A DNA stretch of 64,000 nucleotides, taken from positions 6,167 to 70,166 of the IMG/VR virus record IMGVR_UViG_3300038393_003049; one strand, given 5' to 3'. Numbering within the stretch: position 1 is the stretch's first letter; each line of letters begins with the position of its first letter. The DNA comes from a virus. Its lineage: Duplodnaviria; Caudoviricetes. The notes below the pieces were generated by a model, which was given only the letters and a program-made list of their open reading frames with translations, made no database searches and was not told where the DNA came from. A program made the translations under genes and the position numbers. Positions 1 through 8,797 of this stretch are shown in pieces.

Positions 1-2136
1 GGCCGGCAGGCACTCCTCGACTCGCTCGAACACGGCACGGACCTCACGCAGAACGTCTACTACCAGAATGGCGCGTCGCTGGCGCGCCTGCTGGCGCCTG
101 ACGCCTCCCCGGAGAGCCAGCAGGCCCTCGCGGCGGTGCTCGACGACGTCCTGATCCAAGCCCGGCGCAACTACGCCGAGCGGGTCGCGGCCGGCCTTCG
201 TGACTGGCCGGACGATCCTGATCTGACCCTGCACGGCCAGGCGGAAGAGGTGCTGGCCGCCACGCCGTCGCCGGACTTCTCCCGGGTAGCCCGCTCGCTG
301 GCCGAGGCAGGCCACAAGCTCCAGGTCCAGGCGAACGCCGACGTCGGGTTCACCCCGCCCACCGATGCACAGCGCGAGGAGGTCAAGGCCGCCGTCGAGC
401 GCGAGCTGAAGCGGCAGCGGCAGGAGTTCGCCGACCGGATCACCGAGCTGGTCAAGGGACAGGACCGGCGCACGGCGGTCAACATGCTGACGAAGCTCGG
501 CCCGGACGCGCAGAAGCCGTCCACGGAGTCCATCCGGCGGATGTTGGTCGCCAGCTCCTACGGAGTCGACCCTGACCGGGTCCGGTCTGCTGGCGACCGG
601 TTCTCCTCCGATGTGGCGGAGGCCAACTCCCGGCTGGTCGGCGAGGTGATCGCCGAGCTGATGACGCGGAAGGGCGATAGCCCGCGGACCACCGCTGCGG
701 CGATCAAGGCGGCGGTCAAGACGCAGGACGGGATCGACCAGGGGTTCGATTCGGACCGGTGGAACGCCGGCAATATCGCCGCGCTGGTCGAAATGAAGCT
801 CGTTGGCGGAGGTGACCTGCCGTCCCTGGTCACCTCCGCGGAGCCGGAGATACCGGCCGCCGACACGACGGACCTGGCCGGTCGCGTCGAGCAGCTCCGC
901 CGATTGCTGCCGGGCAACGGCAGCCAGTTCGGTCGCCGTCGGAGCAGGGTGGCGGCGTTCGCGCCCACCACTTTGGCGGAGCTGGAGGCCGGCAAGGCTC
1001 CGGACATCGTCAGCACCGAGGTCTTCCTGGCCGACATCGACCCTCACGACGACGGTCCGGGCCAGGCATCGCTGCGGCAACTGGAAGTGGTGCGGCAGGC
1101 CGGCCGCGAACTGGATGAGCGCATCCAGGCGCGGATGGACGAGCTGATCAAGGAAGGCCCCGCCTTCGACCAGAACGCATACGACGCCTTGTCTGCACAG
1201 ACCTCGGCGCTGTATACCGACTGGCGTCGGCTGGTCATCGCACATGAGGAAGGTACCGCCCGGGCTGCTGGGTACCCCTCTTTCAAAGCTATGCGCGAAA
1301 GAAGGACGCAGTTGCTCTTGAGTCGTCCTCAGACCGAGGAGCAGAAGACCGAGCTTGGGCGCATCGCAACGGCCATCTCCGCGGCAAGGAGCGAAACTCC
1401 AGAGATATTCGACGCCTTCCAGCGATACTCCGAGTTGGGCCGTACCAAGGTAACACTCGAAAAGGCCCGTGCGGAGCACTCCAAGGCGGCGGCACGTGCT
1501 CGCTCGCAGGCGGCTCTGGAGGTTCTCTCACAGGTCCGCGAGATGGGGGAGGACCCGAAGGACCCGACTGCGCAGGCTCAGTTCCAGCAGAAGCGCGGCG
1601 AACCGCTCAAGGCGATGAAGTGGGCGCTCGGGTTCTACCCGCGCGATTGGATCCGTCGGTCGTCGGAGCGTAACAAGGGCCGGCCGTTCTCGCTGAAGAT
1701 GGTGGCCCGTGGCTACGCAAAGGATCGGGACTCGTACGGTCGACCGGTAATTGCCCTCTCCAAGGGCAAAGACCAGATGGGCATGGGGCAGTCGTTCGAA
1801 GAGCTGCGGGACGTGGCGGTGCACGAGTTCGGCCACCACATGGAGTTTGCCCTTCCGGAACTGCGCGACTCCGAACGGGTGTTTCTCTATCACCGCACGT
1901 CGGAGGGCGAGGTCGGGGCGCGCACTCGTACCGGAAAGAACGCCTCGACCCAAATCCGCTCACTGAAGGGCGAGTTCGGCCGTCAGGACGAGTTCAAGGA
2001 GCACTACTCCGGCAAGGAGTACGGCGATGCCGCGTACGAGTTGTTCACCACGGGCGTGGAATCGCTGTTCGCCGGTTCCGACTACTTGGACGACGACTTC
2101 CGGCACTGGCTGCTCGGCACGCTGGCCCTACTGTAA
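1..2136 (+). CDS. Large virion-associated protein, 5'-truncated, with C-terminal HExxH metallopeptidase-like domain
   Basis: Frame is open from base 1. C-terminus has VAVHEFGHHME and a downstream YELFTTGVE. Lies upstream of head genes. Confidence 0.6.
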   Translation, partial: GRQALLDSLEHGTDLTQNVYYQNGASLARLLAPDASPESQQALAAVLDDVLIQARRNYAERVAAGLRDWPDDPDLTLHGQAEEVLAATPSPDFSRVARSLAEAGHKLQVQANADVGFTPPTDAQREEVKAAVERELKRQRQEFADRITELVKGQDRRTAVNMLTKLGPDAQKPSTESIRRMLVASSYGVDPDRVRSAGDRFSSDVAEANSRLVGEVIAELMTRKGDSPRTTAAAIKAAVKTQDGIDQGFDSDRWNAGNIAALVEMKLVGGGDLPSLVTSAEPEIPAADTTDLAGRVEQLRRLLPGNGSQFGRRRSRVAAFAPTTLAELEAGKAPDIVSTEVFLADIDPHDDGPGQASLRQLEVVRQAGRELDERIQARMDELIKEGPAFDQNAYDALSAQTSALYTDWRRLVIAHEEGTARAAGYPSFKAMRERRTQLLLSRPQTEEQKTELGRIATAISAARSETPEIFDAFQRYSELGRTKVTLEKARAEHSKAAARARSQAALEVLSQVREMGEDPKDPTAQAQFQQKRGEPLKAMKWALGFYPRDWIRRSSERNKGRPFSLKMVARGYAKDRDSYGRPVIALSKGKDQMGMGQSFEELRDVAVHEFGHHMEFALPELRDSERVFLYHRTSEGEVGARTRTGKNASTQIRSLKGEFGRQDEFKEHYSGKEYGDAAYELFTTGVESLFAGSDYLDDDFRHWLLGTLALL

Positions 2137-2142
2137 GAATCC

Positions 2143-2171
2143 TTGACAGATAGACGGCCCGTTGCTAGGAT
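2143..2171 (+). promoter_or_regulatory. Housekeeping-sigma promoter
   Basis: TTGACA (2143-2148), 17 bp spacer, TAGGAT (2166-2171). Confidence 0.75.
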
Positions 2172-2190
2172 GCGGGCGAGGGGAGGTGCC

Positions 2191-2466
2191 ATGTTCACCG
2201 TGCTGGGTTCGGTCAATGGCGTGGCGTACCGGCTGGACGTCGGCGCCACCCGAGACGAGCACGCCGGTTCGCCGGCTGCACTGGCCACCCTCCAGGGCGC
2301 CGAAGGCCAGACCGTGCTGGCCACGCCCACCGGGCCGGCGTACGAGCTGAACCTGGATGACCCGGCGTCGGTGCTGGCCGCACTGATGGCGCTGACCGAC
2401 GTGGTGTCCGTCGGCGACGGCGCACCGGCCATCCTCCCGGCCGTCGACCCAACCGTCGTCTACTGA
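2191..2466 (+). CDS. Small hypothetical protein (candidate immunity protein)
   Basis: ATG 2191 after GGGAGG RBS; has its own promoter. Confidence 0.6.
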   Translation: MFTVLGSVNGVAYRLDVGATRDEHAGSPAALATLQGAEGQTVLATPTGPAYELNLDDPASVLAALMALTDVVSVGDGAPAILPAVDPTVVY

Positions 2467-2543
2467 CTTCCTTGCCGTATCGGGGACGATGAGGCCGGTA
2501 CGGGGCCAAGACACTAGCCGGCCCCGCGTGGCACCCTCCGGGC

Positions 2544-3701
2544 GTGCAGGCCCCCGACTACTCCGACGGCATCATGATCGCCCTGTTGGTGCCCGAGACC
2601 GTCGGCGAGCGGCTGGCCCTTGACGGTGGCCTGGCCGCCGACGACCTGCACATCACGTTGGCGTACCTCGGGTCGGTCCCGCCCACCGGAGACGACCCTG
2701 ACCGGCTGTTCACGATGCTCACCGCGACGCGGGACGGAGCCGCCGGCCACAAGCCGATCACGGGGCAGTACAACGGGGTGGCCCGGTTCAGCGGCACGCC
2801 GGACGCCCTCGTGCTGACCTACGACAGCCCGGACATCGCCAGCCTGCGCGCGGACGTCGTCGAGGCGCTGGACGTCGCGGGGATCGAAGTCAGCGCGGAG
2901 CACGGGTTCGTGCCGCACACCACGCTGGCCTACCTGCAGCGCAAGGAGGAGAGCCCGCTTGCCCGGATCGATCCGCTCGAACTGCGCTTCGACCGGCTCC
3001 ACCTGGTGTACGGCGAGACGGCGATCCCCGTCCCGCTGGCCGGCACCGACGATGCGGCGAAGGGAAAGCCGGTCGCCGGGTCGCTGCACGCCTACCCGTC
3101 CACGACGTCGCCGACGGTCAACCGGCCGGAGGGCAAAGACGCGGCGTTCGAGTCCCTGCATCCCCGGACCGGCGGGAAGTTCACGACCAAGCCGAAGCCG
3201 GCGCAGGCCGGCCAGCCCGATCCGAACGAGCTGCCGCCGGACTGGCTGGACCGGGTGCTGCGCGGCGACCCGCGGTACGTCCAGGCCAAGAAGGGCGGTG
3301 GCAAGGGCAAGAAGGGCGGCAGCAAGCACAAGCGGGACGCGGCGGCCAGGGCGGCCCGGCGCAAGCTGGCCCAGCTCGGCAAGGACAAGGCCCTGGCCGA
3401 AGAGATGGACCGTCGGAACACCTTCGACGACGCAATCCAGCGGGCCGATCAGGCCGAGCGCGCTCGGCACGAGAAGGCCAGCCAGGAGATCGAGGCCGAG
3501 CACGACCCGCAGAAGAAGGCCGAGCTGGAGAAGGCCGAGCGGGAGAACCACGCCCGGTACGTCACGGCGCGACAGAAGACGGTGGCCGGCGAGCGCGCAC
3601 GGCGCCGGCAGTGGGAGCAGGCGCGGCGCCGGCAGACCATTGCCCAGCTTGCCGGGGACGTGGCCAGCGCACAGGCGTCGGCGAGCGGGAAGGCGAGCTG
3701 A
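2544..3701 (+). CDS. 2H phosphoesterase (2'-5' RNA ligase-like) domain protein with charged helical C-terminus
   Basis: Two HxT motifs, LHITLAYL and PHTTLAYL; also a LHPRTGGKF motif. Confidence 0.75.
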   Translation: MQAPDYSDGIMIALLVPETVGERLALDGGLAADDLHITLAYLGSVPPTGDDPDRLFTMLTATRDGAAGHKPITGQYNGVARFSGTPDALVLTYDSPDIASLRADVVEALDVAGIEVSAEHGFVPHTTLAYLQRKEESPLARIDPLELRFDRLHLVYGETAIPVPLAGTDDAAKGKPVAGSLHAYPSTTSPTVNRPEGKDAAFESLHPRTGGKFTTKPKPAQAGQPDPNELPPDWLDRVLRGDPRYVQAKKGGGKGKKGGSKHKRDAAARAARRKLAQLGKDKALAEEMDRRNTFDDAIQRADQAERARHEKASQEIEAEHDPQKKAELEKAERENHARYVTARQKTVAGERARRRQWEQARRRQTIAQLAGDVASAQASASGKAS

Positions 3702-4204
3702 TGCAGGTCGGCGACGAGGTCAGGGCGTCAGGGGAAGTCCAGGGCACGATCCAGCGCATCTTCACCGATGGCGCGGTGTACGACCCGCTGCTCGGCGAGG
3801 TGCTCGACGCGGCGGCGGACGACCCGGTGCTGATGCTCGAAACCGATGACGGGCCGGCGGCGGTGCTCGCGTCGGAGGCCAAGGCCGTGCCGGCGCTGTC
3901 GCCGGAAAGCAGCGGCTGGGACGCCCTTGTCGGCCTGCTCGCCGAGCACGAGCTGCAGGTCGAGACGAAGGGGCTGCCGCCCTGGTCGCGACCCGACGGC
4001 GCGGCCGTCAAGGTGGTCTACGGCCGCGGGCTGAGGTCGTGGCCGGGCGCCGACGCGACCGTGCTGTCTCAGACGGACTGGGCGCTGGGCCGCGCTCGCG
4101 CCTTCCTCGCGACCAGCTCCGGCCAGCAGATGCCGGGCTACGTGCGGGACGCCGACATGCTTCCCGACGGCCACCCCGCCCGCGAGGGGACTGCGCCAGC
4201 GTGA
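3701..4204 (+). CDS. Conserved phage hypothetical protein (head region)
   Basis: ATG 3701 overlaps the upstream stop; C-terminal VYGRGLRSW...WALGRARAFL...DMLPDGHP motif typical of phage head-region proteins. Confidence 0.55.
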   Translation: MQVGDEVRASGEVQGTIQRIFTDGAVYDPLLGEVLDAAADDPVLMLETDDGPAAVLASEAKAVPALSPESSGWDALVGLLAEHELQVETKGLPPWSRPDGAAVKVVYGRGLRSWPGADATVLSQTDWALGRARAFLATSSGQQMPGYVRDADMLPDGHPAREGTAPA

Positions 4205-5217
4205 CGGCGATGCCGGCGGCGCCGGCCGATCGCTTCCGCGTCTTCGGGTGGGCGGCGGACGAGAGTGGATGCGGCTTCTTCCGGCTGGCCGCCCCGTTCG
4301 CCGCTCTGCGCCTGTATGGCCACGACGCCGCGGTGTCCACCGCGCTGTGGTCGGAGTGGGCGCGCGACTCGGACATCATCGTCGCGCAGCGGACCTGTCT
4401 GCCGGAGCCGTCGGCGATCATCCGCAAGCTGGCCGCCGACGGCCGGCCGGTGGTCTACGAGATCGACGACAACCTGCTCGACATCTCGCCGGACAATCCC
4501 GCCATCCACGCCCTCTACAGCCGCCCGGACATTCGCGACGCCCTGCGCCAGAACATCGCGATTGCGACGCTGGTCACGGTGTCCACCGAGCCGCTCGCCG
4601 AGCTGATGCGAGGACTCAACCCGAACGTGACGGTGCTGCCCAACTGTGTCCCGACCTGGCTGACGGAGCACGCGCGACCGCGCTCGACCGAGAAGGTGGT
4701 CATCGGCTGGGAGGGGTCGGCCACCCATCGCATGGACCTGGCCGAACTGACCGGCCCGCTGGCCCAGGTGCTGCGCCGGACGCCCGGAGTCGAGTTCCAT
4801 GCGATGGGGACGAACTACGGGAACTGGTTGCATCTGCCACGGGATCGCTGCCGGTTCACGCCGTGGCTTTCGTCGGTGTTCGACTTCTGGCGGGCAGTTG
4901 ACTTCGACATCGGGCTGGCCCCATTGCGCCCGCACCCGTTCAACCGGACCAAGTCGGCAATCCGCTGTCTCGCTTACGCTGCCCTTGGTATCCCGGTCGT
5001 TGCCAGCAACTATGGTCCGTACGCCGACTTCGTGATCGACGGCGTCACCGGCTACCTTGTGGATCGCCAACATGAGTGGGGACGCCGGCTGCGCGATCTG
5101 GTCAACGATCCGCAGATGCGCGCAGAGATGGGCGAAAAGGCTCGCGCGCAAGCCCGACAGTGGACGATCGAGGGGAATGTCTGGCGTTGGGAAAAGACGT
5201 ACCGGTGCCTGATCTGA
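4201..5217 (+). CDS. GT-B (GT4-like) glycosyltransferase
   Basis: YEIDDNLL, IGWEGSATH, FDIGLAPL...FNRTKS...YAALGIPVVAS motifs; GTGA overlap start. Confidence 0.85.
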   Translation: MTAMPAAPADRFRVFGWAADESGCGFFRLAAPFAALRLYGHDAAVSTALWSEWARDSDIIVAQRTCLPEPSAIIRKLAADGRPVVYEIDDNLLDISPDNPAIHALYSRPDIRDALRQNIAIATLVTVSTEPLAELMRGLNPNVTVLPNCVPTWLTEHARPRSTEKVVIGWEGSATHRMDLAELTGPLAQVLRRTPGVEFHAMGTNYGNWLHLPRDRCRFTPWLSSVFDFWRAVDFDIGLAPLRPHPFNRTKSAIRCLAYAALGIPVVASNYGPYADFVIDGVTGYLVDRQHEWGRRLRDLVNDPQMRAEMGEKARAQARQWTIEGNVWRWEKTYRCLI

Positions 5218-6419
5218 AGTGCCGCGGTTGTGGCGAGACAGCCCTAGAGCCGGCGCTCGACCTGAAAACTACAGCACTGGCCGATATCTACGCCAACAGC
5301 GCCGAAGAGGCCATTTCGCAACCGAGATGGCCCCTGCTGATGACGGTCTGCCACAAGTGCTGGATGGCCCAGCTCGACGATACTGTCCCCGATGAGGAGC
5401 TGTTCGGCGCGAAGTACGGATTCTTTTCCGGATCCTCGCCGGCACTGGTCGAGCACTTCCGCCTCTACGCGGACTGGGCCGTACGGATGTTCGGACCGGC
5501 GGCCCGTCGCGGAGTCGTCGAGATCGCCTGTAACGACGGCACCCTGCTCGCCCACTTCCAGGGCGCCGGCCTGCCGGTGCTCGGGTTCGACCCGGCGGCC
5601 GGCCCGGTGGCGGCGGCCTGGGCGCGGGGACTGCCGGTAGAGAAGATGCCGTTCGGGCGGAAGGCCGCCGAACAGGTCGACATGCGCAACGTACTGGTGA
5701 TCGCGAACAACGTCCTGGCCCATGTCGCCGACCCACACGACTTCCTGGACGGAGTCCGGCTGCTGGTCGGCCGCTCCGGCGCCGCGGTGTTCGAGTTCCA
5801 GTACCTGGCCGATCTGCTGGCCGGCAACCAGTTCGACCTGGTCTATCACCAGCACCGCTCGTACCTCTCGCTGACGTCCGCTCAGAACCTGCTCTGCCAG
5901 CACGGCTTGGCCGTGACCGACGTGCTGCGCATCCCCACTCAGGGTGGCAGCCTGCGGATCGTCGTCAGACCAGCGCCAACCTCGGATGTTTCACCCGAAC
6001 TGGTCGCGCTGTTCCGCGCTGAGGCCTGGCTGCGCCGGCCGGAGGCGTACCGCGGACTGCAGGGTCGATTCCAGTACGTGCGTGACGCGGTGACCAGCAT
6101 GGTCCGGCGCGAGGTCAGCGAAGGTCGGCGGCTGGCGGGGTACGCGGCCACCGCCAAGTCCACGACCCTGCTGACGTTCTGCGGGCTGGGCCGGGCGCAC
6201 CTGGACTACGTGGTCGACACCACTCCCGCGAAGATCGGCAAGTTCACGCCCGGCACCGGGATAGAGATCATCTCCCCGAAGGAGGCTGACCGCCGACCAG
6301 TCGGCGGCTACCTCCTGCTGGCCGGCAACTACCTGCCGGCGGTGCTGCGGCGCGAGCGAGATTTCCTGGCCGGCGGCGGCCGGCTCATCGTCCCGCTACC
6401 GACACCGATCACGCTGTGA
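5205..6419 (+). CDS. NDP-hexose C-methyltransferase (class I SAM, Zn-binding N-terminus)
   Basis: CRGC/CHKC Zn motif, VEIACNDG SAM motif, ANNVLAHV, YHQH, GYAATAK, DTTPAKIGKFTPGTGIEI. Confidence 0.85.
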   Translation: MPDLKCRGCGETALEPALDLKTTALADIYANSAEEAISQPRWPLLMTVCHKCWMAQLDDTVPDEELFGAKYGFFSGSSPALVEHFRLYADWAVRMFGPAARRGVVEIACNDGTLLAHFQGAGLPVLGFDPAAGPVAAAWARGLPVEKMPFGRKAAEQVDMRNVLVIANNVLAHVADPHDFLDGVRLLVGRSGAAVFEFQYLADLLAGNQFDLVYHQHRSYLSLTSAQNLLCQHGLAVTDVLRIPTQGGSLRIVVRPAPTSDVSPELVALFRAEAWLRRPEAYRGLQGRFQYVRDAVTSMVRREVSEGRRLAGYAATAKSTTLLTFCGLGRAHLDYVVDTTPAKIGKFTPGTGIEIISPKEADRRPVGGYLLLAGNYLPAVLRRERDFLAGGGRLIVPLPTPITL

Positions 6420-7348
6420 GGGTCCTCGTCACTGGCGTAACCGGCATGGACGGTTACCACCTGGCCGAAGCCCTGGTCGGCGCCGAGCACGAGGTGTACG
6501 GCCTGGTGCGCGGCCAACGCGCGCCGAGCGTGCCGACGGGCGTCGTGGCCGTCTTCGGCGACCTGCTCGACCAGGGGTCGCTGTGCCGGGCGATAGAGGA
6601 GGCCAAACCGGACGCTGTGGCCAACCTGGCGGCGGCCACCTCGATCGCCATGTCCTGGCGACAACCCGCACTGATGTCCGAGGTCACGGGCACGGGGGTG
6701 CTGCGACTGCTGGAGGCGGTTCGGCTGGCCGACCCGGGTATCCACGTGATCCAGGCCAGCTCGGCGGACATGTACGGCTCGGGCGCACGGCTGCCGTGGA
6801 ACGAGACCACGCCGTTCGCGCCGCGCTCCCCGTACGGCGTCGCGAAGCTGTACGCGCACCAGGTCGTGCAGGCCTACCGGGAGGCGTACGGGATGCGCGC
6901 CTCTTCCATGATCATGTTCAACCACTCGTCGCCGCGACAGGGGCCGGAGTTCGTTGTGCGCAAGGTCTGCCAAGCGGCGGCCCGGATCGCCGACGGCCGG
7001 CAAGACGTACTGCATCTGGGGTCGCTGGAGCCGCGCCGGGACTGGGGCTACGCGCCGGACTACATGCGCGCCTGGATGGCGGCCATCGGGCGGGACCAGC
7101 CCGGGGACTGGGTACTGGCCACCGGGCGGTCCAGGTCGCTCGCCGAGCTGTGCCGGGTGGCGTTCGAGGCCGCGGGGCTGGACTGGCGCCCGCACGTGGT
7201 CACCGACCGCGGTCTGACCCGCCCGCTGGACGTGCCAGACCGGGTCGGGCGCGCGAAGAAGGCGGCGGCCGAGCTGGGCTGGCGACCGGAGGTCCCGTTC
7301 GAGGTGATGATCGACAGGATGGTGCGTGCAGACCGGGCGGCGCCGTGA
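6416..7348 (+). CDS. gmd: GDP-mannose 4,6-dehydratase
   Basis: VLVTGVTGMDG, QASSADMYG, PRSPYGVAKLY, FNHSSPRQGPEFVVRK, RDWGYAPDY. Confidence 0.9.
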   Translation: MRVLVTGVTGMDGYHLAEALVGAEHEVYGLVRGQRAPSVPTGVVAVFGDLLDQGSLCRAIEEAKPDAVANLAAATSIAMSWRQPALMSEVTGTGVLRLLEAVRLADPGIHVIQASSADMYGSGARLPWNETTPFAPRSPYGVAKLYAHQVVQAYREAYGMRASSMIMFNHSSPRQGPEFVVRKVCQAAARIADGRQDVLHLGSLEPRRDWGYAPDYMRAWMAAIGRDQPGDWVLATGRSRSLAELCRVAFEAAGLDWRPHVVTDRGLTRPLDVPDRVGRAKKAAAELGWRPEVPFEVMIDRMVRADRAAP

Positions 7349-8073
7349 TCGTCTGCGGCGCGACCCTGACGACGTTCGCCGTGCTCGACCCCGACCGGGC
7401 CTACCTCTGGGACGCCTGGCTGCGCGGGGCTGAGGAGGTCCAGGAGTCGGTCGACGGGCCGGTCCGGTACTTCGCCGCCATCCAGGTCGACGCGCGCGGC
7501 CTGGCGCCGTTCGGGCCGCTTCTGGACCGCCTCACGGCCGTTGGCGGCGAGTGGTGGGCGTACTCCCTGGACGACGGGCGCGAGACGGTCACCCAGGCCA
7601 ACCGCGGCCGGCACATCACGATGGGGCAGAACCTGATCGCCGAGTACGCGACCAGCGTGGGGGCGAGCCACCTGCTGCACCTGGCCGCCGACTGCGAGCC
7701 GCCGACTGACGTGCTACCGAAGCTGCTTGAAGTCGGCCAGCCGCTGGTCGCCGCGGAGTGCTCGACGTACTGCATGACCGTCGGGCGCGAACCGCTGCCG
7801 AGCTTCACGGAGTTCCCCGTCGTCGGCCCGCCGATCACCGCGGCCTGCCTGCTGGTCGAGCGCGCGCTGTTCAAGCGGTTGCGCTGGCGGTTCGACCCGG
7901 ACCTGGGGATGTCCGACGACCCCAGTTACACCCTGGATGCGCAGGAGTTCTTCGGGGTGACGGCGCTGACCCGGACCGATGAGGTGGCGCTGCACCATCC
8001 GGCCGCCATCGGCGCGATCGAGCACCGGTTTCCCGGGCTGGACATGGGCGTGCGTCGCATTCCGGTAGACTGA
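7345..8073 (+). CDS. Putative GT-A-like glycosyltransferase
   Basis: GTGA-coupled to gmd; SHLLHLAADCE, ACLLVERALF and SDD motifs resemble a GT-A fold. Confidence 0.5.
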   Translation: MIVCGATLTTFAVLDPDRAYLWDAWLRGAEEVQESVDGPVRYFAAIQVDARGLAPFGPLLDRLTAVGGEWWAYSLDDGRETVTQANRGRHITMGQNLIAEYATSVGASHLLHLAADCEPPTDVLPKLLEVGQPLVAAECSTYCMTVGREPLPSFTEFPVVGPPITAACLLVERALFKRLRWRFDPDLGMSDDPSYTLDAQEFFGVTALTRTDEVALHHPAAIGAIEHRFPGLDMGVRRIPVD

Positions 8074-8078
8074 CGTCC

Positions 8079-8252
8079 TCGGTAGTGGTGCAAAGGTCCC
8101 AACCGCAAGCGCGTACCGCGGGTATCGCGAACCGGTTGGCCGCACGGCGGGAACGCGGAGGTTTCTAGAGCCTCCAGTGACACCGCGCAGCGGACAAGCA
8201 CGGCGGCTTCAGGGGCCGTTGATCTGGGGTTCGAGTCCCCGGCTACCGACCA
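8079..8252 (+). ncRNA. tRNA-like RNA (Leu-CAG-like anticodon arm, encoded CCA) with ~96-nt structured insertion in the D-loop
   Basis: CGGTAG/CTACCG acceptor, GTGC/GCAC D-stem, GCGGC-TTCAGGG-GCCGT anticodon arm, TGGGG-TTCGAGT-CCCCG T-arm, 3' ACCA. Confidence 0.6.
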
Positions 8253-8418
8253 CTACCCACGGCACGCCGGCCGTGCAGGATCGCCGTCCACGGGGAATGG
8301 CAGACGCAGCCGTAGCACTGGTAATCACCGAACGACTGCTGGCGGAACCACCCCCACCGACCGCCGCACAGCCCGTCGTAGGGAAGAATCCGCCAGCATT
8401 TCCGAGCTGGCGGACGCA

Positions 8419-8736
8419 TCAGCGCCGGATTGCCGCGAGCGCCCGCTCCAATGCCGCCACCGCGGCGTCGCGACGCGCCCGGTCGCCTTCATTGGTTATC
8501 GTTCGGTCCTGCTGAGTGCGCACCATTTCCATCAGGATGACTTCGATCCGACGCCGCTCCCGCTGCTCCCCGCCCTCCGGCAGAAGCGGGATGACGTGCG
8601 CCAGCACCCGACGCATCGCCTCGATGTTCGTCAGGTTTCCGTGGCAGGCGTCATGCCAGGCGTCGATCGCCGCGGACAGGGCTCGCGGCGGGACGTTCTG
8701 CGCAGGCGGGGCAGCGTCGTCGCGGTCGTCATCCAT
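8419..8736 (-). CDS. Hypothetical protein
   Basis: 105-aa ORF from ATG 8736 filling the gap before the protease gene. Confidence 0.35.
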   Translation of the reverse strand: MDDDRDDAAPPAQNVPPRALSAAIDAWHDACHGNLTNIEAMRRVLAHVIPLLPEGGEQRERRRIEVILMEMVRTQQDRTITNEGDRARRDAAVAALERALAAIRR

Positions 8737-8797
8737 CGCTGCGGACCTTAGCCGGTCTGCCGCCCTAGTCTCGGCGCAGCTTTGCCGAGGAGGCGCG

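Noticed and set aside
8207-8213. Reading the 8079-8252 element as a UCA (Sec/opal suppressor) tRNA
   Set aside because: Centring TCA breaks the anticodon stem; the 5-bp stem places CAG at 34-36, and there is no long Sec variable arm.
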